From an uncultured virus (IMG/VR IMGVR_UViG_3300049043_000106) (Duplodnaviria > Heunggongvirae > Uroviricota > Caudoviricetes), in IMG/VR virus record IMGVR_UViG_3300049043_000106: DNA of 33,930 nucleotides. One strand, given 5' to 3'. The notes beneath the pieces are model-generated. The model was not told the origin of the DNA. It saw only the letters and a list, made by a program, of their open reading frames with translations, and did not search any database. The position numbers and the translations under genes were made by a program. Shown one piece after another: positions 9,705 through 20,116 of the stretch (within the stretch, counting starts at the first letter, position 1; every line of letters begins with the position of its first letter).

Positions 9705-9809
9705 CCCCGGGCGCCCCCTCCTATTAGCGCGATGGTTCCATGGTATGTGTTAATGCCCGCCATCAACACACGGGGGTAGGTTGCTTTGAAAAAAGACCCC
9801 CGGGGGGTA

Positions 9810-10200
9810 TACCACCCAAAGACCCCCCTACCCCATTGGGGTTGAGGAGGGTTAGGTCACCACCCCTGCATGAGCAGGATCGTCATGGTACGGGTTTAGC
9901 CGTATCCCCTCGGCTTGACGATTCGACCAGCCGCACGGGTTATTCGGGAACTGCCCCTAGACTTGCGTCATCCGTGTGGGCTTTTCTTCCGAGCGGCGAC
10001 CCTTTGCGCCCTGCTCGTCGTGCGGAGTACGGGTAGGCGGCGGAAAAGAAAAAACCCACTGGTGAGAGGGCTTTAGGCTTGGTGGCCGCAACATGTAGGA
10101 ATCCTACCTTCCAGCATGTGCTTTGACGAAGCCCGCTCACCAATGGGTTCACGGTTCTCGCAGGTAGATACTTCCTTCGGGTTACCAGCCCGATGGATAG
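9810..10200 (-). ncRNA. Candidate ~400-nt structured non-coding RNA
   Basis: No convincing CDS, and many nested inverted repeats: 10177-10193; 10053-10149 followed by a U tract on the minus strand; 10095-10107; 9931-9937/10019-10025; 9879-9885/9916-9922; 9889-9893/9900-9904; 9865-9878; 9831-9841. A minus-strand -10-like AATAAT lies at 10210-10205. Confidence 0.6.
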
Positions 10201-10273
10201 GTGGATTATTGTGCGTGGGGTTTTGGGTGTAGAGGGTGTGTATGATCTGGGTTGATTGTGGTGTGGAGGTTTC

Positions 10274-10741
10274 ATGTTCAAGCGCAAGCCGAAGAAGGTA
10301 GGTCGAAAGCCGTTTGAGCCGACGATGGCGAATCGGTTATTGGTGAGGAAGTTGGCGCGTGCTGGGTGGAGTCAGGATGAGATAGCGGAGGGGATGGGTG
10401 TATCTGACGAGACGTTGAGGAAGTATTTCCGGCGTGAGTTGGACATGGGGAACATTGAGATGTGTTCGACGATTGAGAGCACGCTTTATGAGATTGCGAC
10501 GGACAAGGATCACAAGGCGTGCGTGCCTGCGGCGACTGTGTTGTTGAAGGCGAAGGGTGGTGATGAGTATCGGGAGACGAAGAGGACGGAGATCACGGGT
10601 GCGGATGGTGGTCCGTTGGAGCAGCGTATTCAGCAGGTTGACGTGATTGACTCGAGCAAGTTGTCGTTTGAGGAGAGGGACACGCTCGCGAAGATTTTGG
10701 AGGGTGCGACGGAGATCAGTGAGGAGCAGCGCGAGGATTGA
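10274..10741 (+). CDS. terS: Terminase small subunit-like HTH protein
   Basis: GGAGG RBS; GRKPFEPT and HTH WSQDEIAEGMGVSDETLRKYF; EITGADGGPL tail; directly upstream of terL. Confidence 0.8.
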   Translation: MFKRKPKKVGRKPFEPTMANRLLVRKLARAGWSQDEIAEGMGVSDETLRKYFRRELDMGNIEMCSTIESTLYEIATDKDHKACVPAATVLLKAKGGDEYRETKRTEITGADGGPLEQRIQQVDVIDSSKLSFEERDTLAKILEGATEISEEQRED

Positions 10742-12402
10742 ATCAGAGGAAGAGGGAGAGGGTGACACAGAGGAGTGATTTGGTTCGGATTGGTGGGAAG
10801 GTGATCAGCAAGAAGAAGCAGTTGCTGGACATTGACCGTGCCAATTGCGAGGACAGTCTGTATGTTTTTCTGAGATCTGCGTGGAGGTATTTGGATTCCT
10901 CGCCGTGGAAGGATGGGTGGCCGATTGAGGCTGTAGCGGAGCATTTGCAGGCGGTTGTGGATGGTGAGATCAAGAGGTTGATCATCAACATTCCGCCGCG
11001 GATGGGCAAGTCGTCGATCACGTCTGTGGCGTTGCCTGCGTGGACGTGGGCGCAGCGTGACAAGAGTCCGACGTCTGGTCCGGGCGTACAGTTTCTGCAT
11101 GCGTCGTACGGCGAATCAGTTGTCTCCTGAGGGATTCCGTGAAGTGTCGCCGGTTGATTGAGTCGGCGTGGTATCAGGAGAGGTGGGGTGATCGGTTTTC
11201 TTTGAACTCTGACCAGAACACGAAGAGTCGTTTCAGCAACGACAAGGGTGGTGAGAGGCTGATCACGTCGATTGGCGCTGCGGTGACGGGTGAGGGTGGA
11301 TCGATCATTGTGGTTGACGACCCGAACGCGGCGAACGAGGCGTTTTCCGAGGCGACGATTCAGACGACGATTGACTGGTGGGATGGGACGATGTCGACTC
11401 GTCTCAACGACCCCGAAGACGGGTGCGTACATCATCATTCAGCAGAGGCTGGCTGAGGATGACCTGACGGGTCACATTCTCTCGAAGGACGTGGGTGAGT
11501 GGACTCACCTGTGTTTGCCGATGAGGTACGAGCCTGAGCGCGCGTTCATCACGTCGATTGGGTGGAAGGACCCGCGGTCTGTGCCGAACGAACTGTTGTG
11601 GCCTGATCGGTTTGGCGAGCAGGAGACGATGCTGCTTGAGAAGCAGTTGGGGCCGTACGCGACTGCCGGGCAGTTGCAGCAGCGGCCTGAGCCTGCTGGT
11701 GGTGGTGTGATCAAGCGCGACTGGTGGCAGTTGTGGCCTGAGCAGGTTTTCCCGCCGATGGATTACATCGTGGCGTCGTTGGACACGGCGTACACGACGA
11801 AGACGATGAACGACATGTCTGCGCTGACTGTGTGGGGCGTGTTCACTGAGGACACGGTAGCGAGATCCACGCGGGTGATGGATGCGAACGGGCGGCCGAT
11901 GTACGTTGACCGGTCGTACTCGGAGAACGCGCCGAAGGTCATGCTGATGCATGCGTGGCAGATTCGGCTGGAGTTGCACGAATTGGTGGAGAAGGTTGCG
12001 GCGACGTGCCGGTCGTTGAAGGTCGACAAGTTGCTGATCGAGAACAAAGCGGCAGGAATTTCCGTCGCGCAGGAGATTCGGCGGTTGTACAACAACGAGA
12101 ATTTCTCTGTTCAGTTGCAAGATCCGAAGAGTCAGGACAAGTTGTCGAGGCTGTATTCGGTGCAGCACTTGTTTGCCGAGGGGATCATTTTCGCGCCTGA
12201 CCGGACGTGGGCTGAGATGGTGATCACGCAGGTGGGTCAGTTCCCGAAGGGCAAGCACGATGACTTGGTGGACACGGTGTCGCAGGCGTTGCGGCACATG
12301 CGTGAGTTGGGGTTGTTGGTTCGCGCGCCGGAGCGTCTGGCCGAGTTGGAGTCGATGAAGACGTACCCGGGCGGGCGGCAGGTTCCGTTGTATCCATCGT
12401 GA
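10738..12402 (+). CDS. terL: Terminase large subunit (two frameshifts, ~11125 and ~11410)
   Basis: Walker A INIPPRMGKS, Walker B IIVVDDP, QRLAEDD, QLQQRP, and nuclease motifs SLDTA, LIENKAAG, FPKGKHDDLVD. Confidence 0.97.
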
Positions 12403-12409
12403 GGTTGGC

Positions 12410-12614
12410 ATGACTCAGGTTCGAGCGAAGGCGGTAGTGGAGAAGATTGACAGTGGTCCTGTGCCGGTGTGGGAGGTGGAGACGTGGGGGGAACCGCCGC
12501 ATGACCACCGCCGCGCTCTACACTTTGCAGGCCAAAACTGATACTTTGGCCGCGCAAGAAGGTCTCCGTCGCTTCGTGGAAGAGATGGAAAATTTGAGTC
12601 TTCACCTCAGGTAA
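12410..12614 (+). CDS. Small hypothetical protein between terL and portal (one frameshift)
   Basis: GAGG RBS; MTQVRAKAVVEKI...YTLQAKTDTLAAQEGLRRFVEEM. Confidence 0.65.
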
Positions 12615-12619
12615 ATCGT

Positions 12620-14941
12620 ATGCCGCTCACTCCCGGACTTGGTGCCAACATTCGTCAGGTTCCGGCGGCTTTGTCCGAACCTGATCTGCCAGAGGTTGTT
12701 GTGGAGATGGCAGAGGAGGTGGGGACCTTCCTGACCTTGATGAGGCGGGCAACATCGTGCGCATTGAGCACGGTGATGGGAGTGTCACGGTATCACTCGA
12801 TGGCCGGCCGATCGAGGAGGCTGAGCGGGAGCCTCGCGGGTGGTTTGACAACCTCGTTGATGAGATAGCGCCTGCCGAAGTGAATCGGATCTGCAGCGAT
12901 CTGCTGCGTGGCATTGAGGACGACCTGCAGTCCGCAAGGACTGGATTCGAGGATCGTGCCATGGGGATCAAACTCATGGGCCTCAAGGTTGAAATTCCGG
13001 GCCTGCAGGGGGCGTCTGACGGGGCGCCTGTTGAGGGCATGAGCAAGGTTCGTCACCCTCTCTTGCTCGAGGCTGTTCTGCGGTTTCAGGCGAACGCTCG
13101 AAGCGAGTTGTTGCCGACTGACGGGCCTGTGAAGGTGCGCAACGACACGATCACCGGCGGGATTGAGACTGACCAGCAGGGTGATGCGCTCGAGAAGGAC
13201 CTGAATCACTACCTGACTGCCACGGCGACCGAGTACTACCCGGACACCGACCGCATGCTGTTGATGCTCGGGTTCGGTGGCACGTCGTTTAAGAAGGTCT
13301 ACAAGTGCCCGTTGCGCAATCGTCCGGTGTCCGAGAGCGTGGATGCTGACGATCTGATCGTGAACAACGCGGCGACCGACTTGGCGAACGCCAAGCGCGT
13401 CACGCACCGCATTTTCATGCGGCCGTCGACAGTCAAGAGGCTGCAGATTCTGGGCGTCTACAAGGACGTGAGCCTGCACACGCCGAACGCGCCGAAGTTG
13501 GATTCTCTGCAGCGCGAGGAGAAGGCTCAGCAAGGCCTGATGCCTGAGACGCAGAACCCGGAAGATCGCGACCGCGAGATCTACGAGTGCTACTGTGAAC
13601 TCGACATCTTCGGGTTCGAGCACAAGCACAAGGGCAAGATCGCGGGTCTCGAGATTCCGTACATCGTGACGATCGACGTTTCGTCGCGTCAGGTGCTCTC
13701 GATCGTGCGCAACTACGACGAGAAGACGAAGAAACTTCCTGTCGCGCGCAAGAGGTTCGTCAAGTACACGTTCGTGCCGGGCATGGGCTTCTACGACATC
13801 GGCCTGCTGCACATCTTGGGCAACACGACGAACGCAATCACCGCGGCGTGGCGCGAGTTGCTCGACGCCGGCATGTACTCGAACTTCCCGGGGTTCCTGA
13901 TGGCGGACACGGGCGCCCGGCGGAACACCGAACATCTTCCGCGTGCCCCGGGTGGCGGCGCGTTGGTGAAGACGGGTGGGCTGCCGATCTCTCAGGCCAT
14001 CATGCCGCTGCCGTATCAGCCCCTCGCAGGCCCTGATGATGCTCGTTGACAACATGGCGAGCACTGGCCAGCGGATTGGCGGCACGTCTGAGTCGATGGT
14101 CGGGGAAGGCAAGCAGGAACTCCCTGTGGGCACGGCTTTGGCGATGATCGAGCAGGCTGCCAAGGTGATGAACGCCGTCCACAAGCGCCTACACGCGGCT
14201 CAGGCTGAGGAATTCAAGTTGCTGGTCGAGTGTTTCCGTGAGAACCCGGAGGCGTTTGTCGACCGAGAAGTGCCCAAGCCGGCAGCCATGGACTGAGGAG
14301 ATCTTCCTGCAGGCCCTGCAGAACTGCGAACTGGTGCCGCAGGCTGACCCGAACACGGCCTCGCATGCTCAGCGTCTGGTCAAGATCATGGCGCTGAAAG
14401 AACTGCGAGCGGCGGATCGGTCGATGTACGACCCGATCGCGATCGACACGGCCGCTCTCAAGGCGATTGGCTGGAACAACCCTCAGCAGTTCCTCGCGCC
14501 GCCGTCTGCGCAGGGCAAGCCGCCGCCGGAACTGCAGAAGGTCATCGCCGAGATGCAGATCAGAAGCAGGACGCCGATGCGCGCATGATCGAGGCGAAGG
14601 CGCATGAGGCCAAGACGCAGGCCGAGATCCAGAAGATGGGCATGGAGACGCAGCACATGGCCGCGCGCGGCCTTGCGGCCGGTGGTGAGGGCATAAGCAG
14701 GTCGACACGCCAGTCGATCGAGATGCTCGCGCAGGCCGACATCATGGACGCTCAGACTCGCGCGCAGGACGTGCAGTTGAAGGCGCAGTTCCACGCTGCC
14801 GAGGATCGCAATCGAGACCTCGACCGACAGAGTCGAGAGCGCGTTGGCCTTCTGAATCTCGCCAAGGAAGTGATGCTGCACTCGGCATCGGCTTCGGAGG
14901 CTGCCAGAGACGTCAACAAGATCAAGAGCGAGACGAAGTAG
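12620..14941 (+). CDS. Portal protein (podovirus-type, several frameshifts)
   Basis: Follows terL; HPLLLEAVLRFQANARSELLPTDGPVK, GTSFKKVY, FVPGMGFYDIGLLH, PVGTALAMIEQ, AVHKRLH, PQADPN; helical C-terminus; ~770 aa in total. Confidence 0.9.
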
Positions 14942-14944
14942 GCC

Positions 14945-17900
14945 ATGAACTTTGACCCGAAATCTGTTCGCAAGGCGTTGATGATCGCCAAGCAGTTGGC
15001 GGCGTCGGTTGACCCTGCTTTTGCGCGGATTTCTCCGCCCATGCCGCCACAGGGCGTGCCGTTAGAGCGTGCGAAGGGCGGTGAAGTTAAGAACGTCATG
15101 CCAGTAGGCAGCCCAGAGCGATCAGAAAATCTGAAGCAGTGGCTAGGCAATAGTTTTCTTCACGTCGAAGGGAATCCAAAAACGTATTACCACGGTACGT
15201 CTAAAGACAAACCGTTCACCGGATTCAAAGTCGGTCGTCATGGCGCATGGTTTACATCAGACCCGAAAGATGCGTCGATGTATGCGCAAGAAAACGACAG
15301 CATGAGCAGTCGCTATGAACGGCGATCTACACCGCAGAGCGAGCAGCATGACGCCGGTATATTAAAGGCAAGTAACCCGTTTTTGGCGAATTCCTGAGAA
15401 ATACAAAAGCGTAGAAAACCACTAAAAAGGCACAGTCTGATTGGTTTGATGAATTAAGGAAAAACGGATACGACAGTTGGATTCGTCCAAGAAGGGAATC
15501 TGGCCGTGATGCTGGAGGGTCCGCATCAAGTTAAATCTGCTATCGGCAACGTCGGTACGTTTGATCCGTCCAGCCCAGATATCGCCAAAGCAGAAGGCGG
15601 CGCAGTCGACATAGAAGGAAAACTCAACAATGAAAGACAGCAAATCAAAAATTCCAGATCACATCTTGAAACATCAACCACAGCGGAAAGATTTTCCAAC
15701 GCAGGAAGAGTACGAGGAGGCTCTGGCGTACTTCAAGCATCGATTCAAGCCGATCCTGCAGCGCCACTCACGGGATTACCAGTCGACATAGCGATTCCGC
15801 CGCCGGGCAAACTCAATAAAAGCCGGTCCCAACCCTCTTATCAGGCGAGTTGCCAGTGATTATATGCGGTCAGTAGGCCGCCCGTATCGCCCTGCTACAT
15901 CATATGTAAAAGTTTCTCCTCCTCGAGCAGCAAGAATTGCCAAGGCGTATGAGGAAATGAAGCATGACCCGCAAGATCCGCTGGTCAAGGCTCATACAAT
16001 CAAATGCTGAAAGAAACCATGATGCAATATGAAGCGGCTAAGGCGGCTGGATTCAAAGCGGAGTTTTGGAACCCGGAAACAGACAAAGATCCGTATGATT
16101 TGTCGCCGAGATTGGCAATTGAAGACATAAACAAAAATCATCACATGTTTGTGTTTCCAACTCGCGCAGGATTTGGCAGCGACGAAGACATGGTGGCTGA
16201 ATTGAAGCAAAACCCGTTGCTTGCCGACAGCGGCGAGCGGTGGAATGGACAGCCAGTAACTTACAACGACATTTTTCGCGCCGTGCATGACTATTACGGG
16301 CATGCAAAAGAAGGTGTTGGATTTCGCGCAGACGGAGAGGAAAACGCATGGCGTTCTCATGCTGCGATGTATTCCCCGCTCGCAAGGCTTGCAATGACCT
16401 CAGAAACGCGCGGTCAAAACAGTTGGGTCAACTTCGGTCCGCATGGCGAAAAAAATCGCACAGCGCGCACCGAAGATACAATTTTTGCTGATCAAAAAAC
16501 CGGAATTTTGCCGTTGTTTGCAAACCATGAAGGTGCAGAAGATTTCATAGGCCCTGATTACGTCAAGTCCATGGTCGATATCTACAATCAGCATAGGCCA
16601 GAAAGGCAGATGGTGGCGCAGTCGACGATGACGACTACATAACCGTATATCACGGAACTCCGCATCGATTTGAGTCAACTTCATCCAACTTGCTTGGTGA
16701 GTTTGATGTAGCAAGATCGGCACGGGCGAAGGTTCACAAGCCTACGGGTATGGCATGTATTTGGCTGAATCGCCAGAAGTGGCGAAAGGTTACAGGGACA
16801 GGCTTTCTAGGAATGTAACTGTTGACGGCGCAAAACTGCAAAGCATTCCGTCAGACGGGGATTTGGCAGCAGCGCATCACATGACAGTTAGAAACATTCA
16901 AAACGGAATGGCTCTGAACGCAAGCAATTGCGGCCACTCAAAAATATTGGACTGATGCCGCGAATGAAATGTTGGCATTTGCAAAAAATCACCCAGAATT
17001 TGCTGATAGGATCGGCGAAGAAGCATCAAGCAGGATGCAAATTGCAAAAGCGGCAACAACGCTAAAGCCTGAAAGTTTTTATCGAGACCCCGGTTCGTTG
17101 TACACGGTTGGACTGCACAAGGACGCAGCAAGAGACATGCTGCATTGGGATAAGCCGATAGGAGAGCAATCGGAAAAAGTTCAAAGGGTTGCGCATTCAA
17201 TCGTTCAGTCTGACTTGTGGGACGAAGACACTCGCAGACTGATGAAAGCACATGCCTCTCGAAAAATTTGAGGCGGAAAGTTTTATGAATTGCTTGGCCT
17301 GTCAGACAAATTTGCCGGACAAGGTGTTCTTGGAAACTGGCAAGCCAACGAGTTGGCAAGACGAGGCATTCCCGGCATCAAGTATTCGGATCGCGACAGT
17401 CGAGCCAGAACAAATTATGAGTTAACTCATAACTACGTTGTTTTCCCTGAGTTTGCGCATCATCTCAAAATTGTAAAACGCGAGAAAGAGGCGGTCGCGT
17501 GACAAACAACATTCAAGTTCCCGTGTTGGATCACGCAAAGTCTGTGCGCCGAGCGTTGATGATTGCAAAGGCGAGAGGTGGCGCATTAACCGGGGAGCGA
17601 GAAGATCATCCCGCATGGATTCCTCAGCGACTTGTAACTAGCAAAAGGGCTGCTCCACCATCTGCAGAAGATCGGCCTATTGTTAATCTGCAAGCACTGA
17701 AAGACTCTGGTGCTTTGTTTGATAAAAATATAAATGTAATTCGCAATTACCCAAATATCCAAGGAACATTTCGTCGTAGATCAAACGATGATGTTGCGCA
17801 ATTCTTCATAAATCACGTCAAAGACAATTTGCTTGCTTTGCATGATTCTGTTCCTGAAGAAGTCAGGAATAGGAGCAAGATGTGGTATGACGGCGCCGAA

Positions 17901-19114
17901 GTTGGTTGATGAATGGACGCAGAAATACAATCTGCCGGATCATTCGAATAGCCGCCATCATTGCGGCAATGTCTCCTGAAAGACTGGTATCTAAAACGTG
18001 TCGCTTGCACAGTGCATTCTTGATATTCATCGAGGCTATGGAGATGACTTTTACAAGAATCACAAGTTTAATGATGAGATGAAGAATCAATTCTCGTCTC
18101 GCAACAGTTTGAATGTTCCTGAGTATCAAGGAATTGTTGATTTGTTAGAAGGGAAATCGCTTGATGATTTAGACAACATGAATACGTCTGAAAGAAAGAC
18201 GCGCAACCGCTAAAGCGTTGTGGTCTCGACTTTTTGATGAGACATATCACGATCAAGGTCACAAGATTGTTACTCCAGAAGGTGATTTCGGAGATTTTGT
18301 GAAAACTCAATCTGGAGAAACGCGAAGGTTGCATGGGGATCGTTGGGCGAAATTTCAAAAGCCATTCAAGCAATAGAAGCGCAAGACGATCCGCAGATTG
18401 ATCTCTCAATTGATGGGCGAAGCGCACAAAGTACGGAATTTTTACAGCGATATTTTGTCGCCAAATTCGCGACATGATGACGTAACTATTGATACGCATG
18501 CCGTTGCTGCCGGCCTTTGGCGACCGCTTTCAGGAAGTTCCATGGAGGTCGCGCATAACTTTGGAAGTTATGCTGGAAAAGGCGTGCCCGGAGTAGGCGG
18601 ATCGGCAATCACTGGCGTTCAAGGGTTGTACCCTTTGTACGCAGAAGCGTATCGTCAGGCTGCAGAGAGCGCGGAATTCTTCCCAGAGAAATGCAATCAA
18701 TCACTTGGGAGGCAATCGCGGTCTTTTCCCGGATGCTGTTCAAAACTGCTGAAAATTCAGCAGCAATCAATAGAATCTGGAACAACTATCGGAATGGCAG
18801 AATCTGATCAGGCAGAAGCAAGGAGACTAGTACATGACTACGCGGGCGGAATCAGGCCACCAACATGGCTCATGGAAAGGACTGCTAGCGTTAATGAAGC
18901 TAACCAAAGTCCCGCTCACGCGGCACCACTTTCTCAATTTGCAGTACGCGGGGAACCCACCGGCGGAACTGACGCTGGAGCAGGAATTGCAGTTGCCCCC
19001 TCAATTTCGGCGACACCCCCGGTAATCAAAAATACTGGAGGCGCTGTCGACCGCGCTTTGCAGGTGGCATATCAAGTTGCTCCCGGTATGATGTCTCCAT
19101 ACGGCAGGAGATAA
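14945..19114 (+). CDS. Large (~1400 aa) polyvalent, probably virion-ejected protein: ART-like, metallopeptidase-like, ART-like and HhH-glycosylase-like domains (many frameshifts)
   Basis: YYHGT...GAWFTSDP...QVKSAIGNVGTFDP; FRAVHDYYGH...GEENAW...ETRGQN; VYHGTPH...KIGTGEGSQAYGYGMYLAE...GIPGIKY...NYVVF; WYDGA...AAIIAAMSP...KVRNFY...VTIDTHA. The fragments join through single indels, but more than one gene is possible. Confidence 0.7.
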
Positions 19115-19116
19115 AC

Positions 19117-20060
19117 ATGGGCGGTTCAGTCAACTTGCAAGGCGGCGGCCAGTATCAGATGCCGAATCAGAGCACTCAGGGCTACGGCCCTCGATTCGGC
19201 GGATACGGCGGCGGGTACGGCAGCGGTTACAACACACCGTCCTTTGGCGGGCGGTGACTACGGAGACTTCGGCGGGCAGTACCCCGGCGTCTCGACCGGT
19301 GGTAAGGGGTTCCAGGCAGCCTCAGTACAACTACCAGCCACCCCCGGCGCTATCGCCCTACGTCACCACCCCTCAGATGTCGTACGACGCCTCGACGGGC
19401 GGCAAGGGGTTTCAGACCCGACAGGCGCCGTCTCAGGCCGTTGCCTACGCCCCGATGAACATTCCGCGGATGTCGTTCGCGCAGCCCTCGTTCTACTACC
19501 CCAGCATCGCGAACCAGATGGCCGGTCTGGGCGGTCTGGGAGGTCTTGGGGCGACTCAGCCGCTGATCCCCCGGCCGCCCATGCAGATGGCGTCGTACCC
19601 CGCCCTGCAGCCTCCTACGCAGCCCACAACGCCCTCGGCGCCGCCGATCGCGACGGGGGGCAAAGGCTTCCAGCCGAACATGCCCGGACGTGGGTATCGC
19701 CCGAATACTCCGTACAACCCGGGGATCACCGCTGTGGCGCCGCCAAGGAACCCTGTCGACAACGTGTTCGGGCCGTACACCGGTTCCATGCGCGAGCAGG
19801 TCGAAGATCCGGGCATCGACTACCCGCAAGAGTACTCAATCGACCGAGTTCGAAGACCTGAAGGGTATCCGCAAGAGCAGGCCGCGGGCATGAGCGAGAG
19901 CGACTCTCGATTTTGCCGCGCGGATGGCAGCCATGAAATGCGTCGGAAGCCTCGGCAGCGCCGGCGTACATGTCGCAAGAGCGCGCGGGTTCACCGATGC
20001 CTGACATCATGCAGAACATGGAGTTCGGTCGCGAACAACTCGATTGATTCCCTTGGGAAT
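19117..20060 (+). CDS. Low-complexity Gly/Pro/Gln/Tyr-rich protein
   Basis: AGGAG RBS and ATG 19117; MGGSVNLQGGGQYQMP...; three TGGKGFQ repeats. The 3' end is uncertain. Confidence 0.65.
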
Positions 20061-20116
20061 TGGAGAAGAATCAGCCTTTGAGCTGCAAAGGCGTCGATTC
20101 GTCACAGGAGACAGAC

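Noticed and set aside
8777..9769. 330-aa minus-strand ORF crossing the DnaA-box array
   Set aside because: Arg/Ala/Gly-rich shadow of four plus-strand genes; its STGYPQ-like repeats are just translated DnaA boxes.
10337..14184. Long minus-strand ORFs (10337-10768, 10743-11438, 11404-12411, 12793-14184)
   Set aside because: These are antisense shadows of terS, terL and portal in GC-rich DNA, with no motifs or RBS.
17499..17909. Separate gene starting at GTG 17499
   Set aside because: The upstream frame joins it through one indel as EK(R)GGRVTNN, matching the linker motif, so it is treated as part of the large protein. A separate start cannot be fully excluded.
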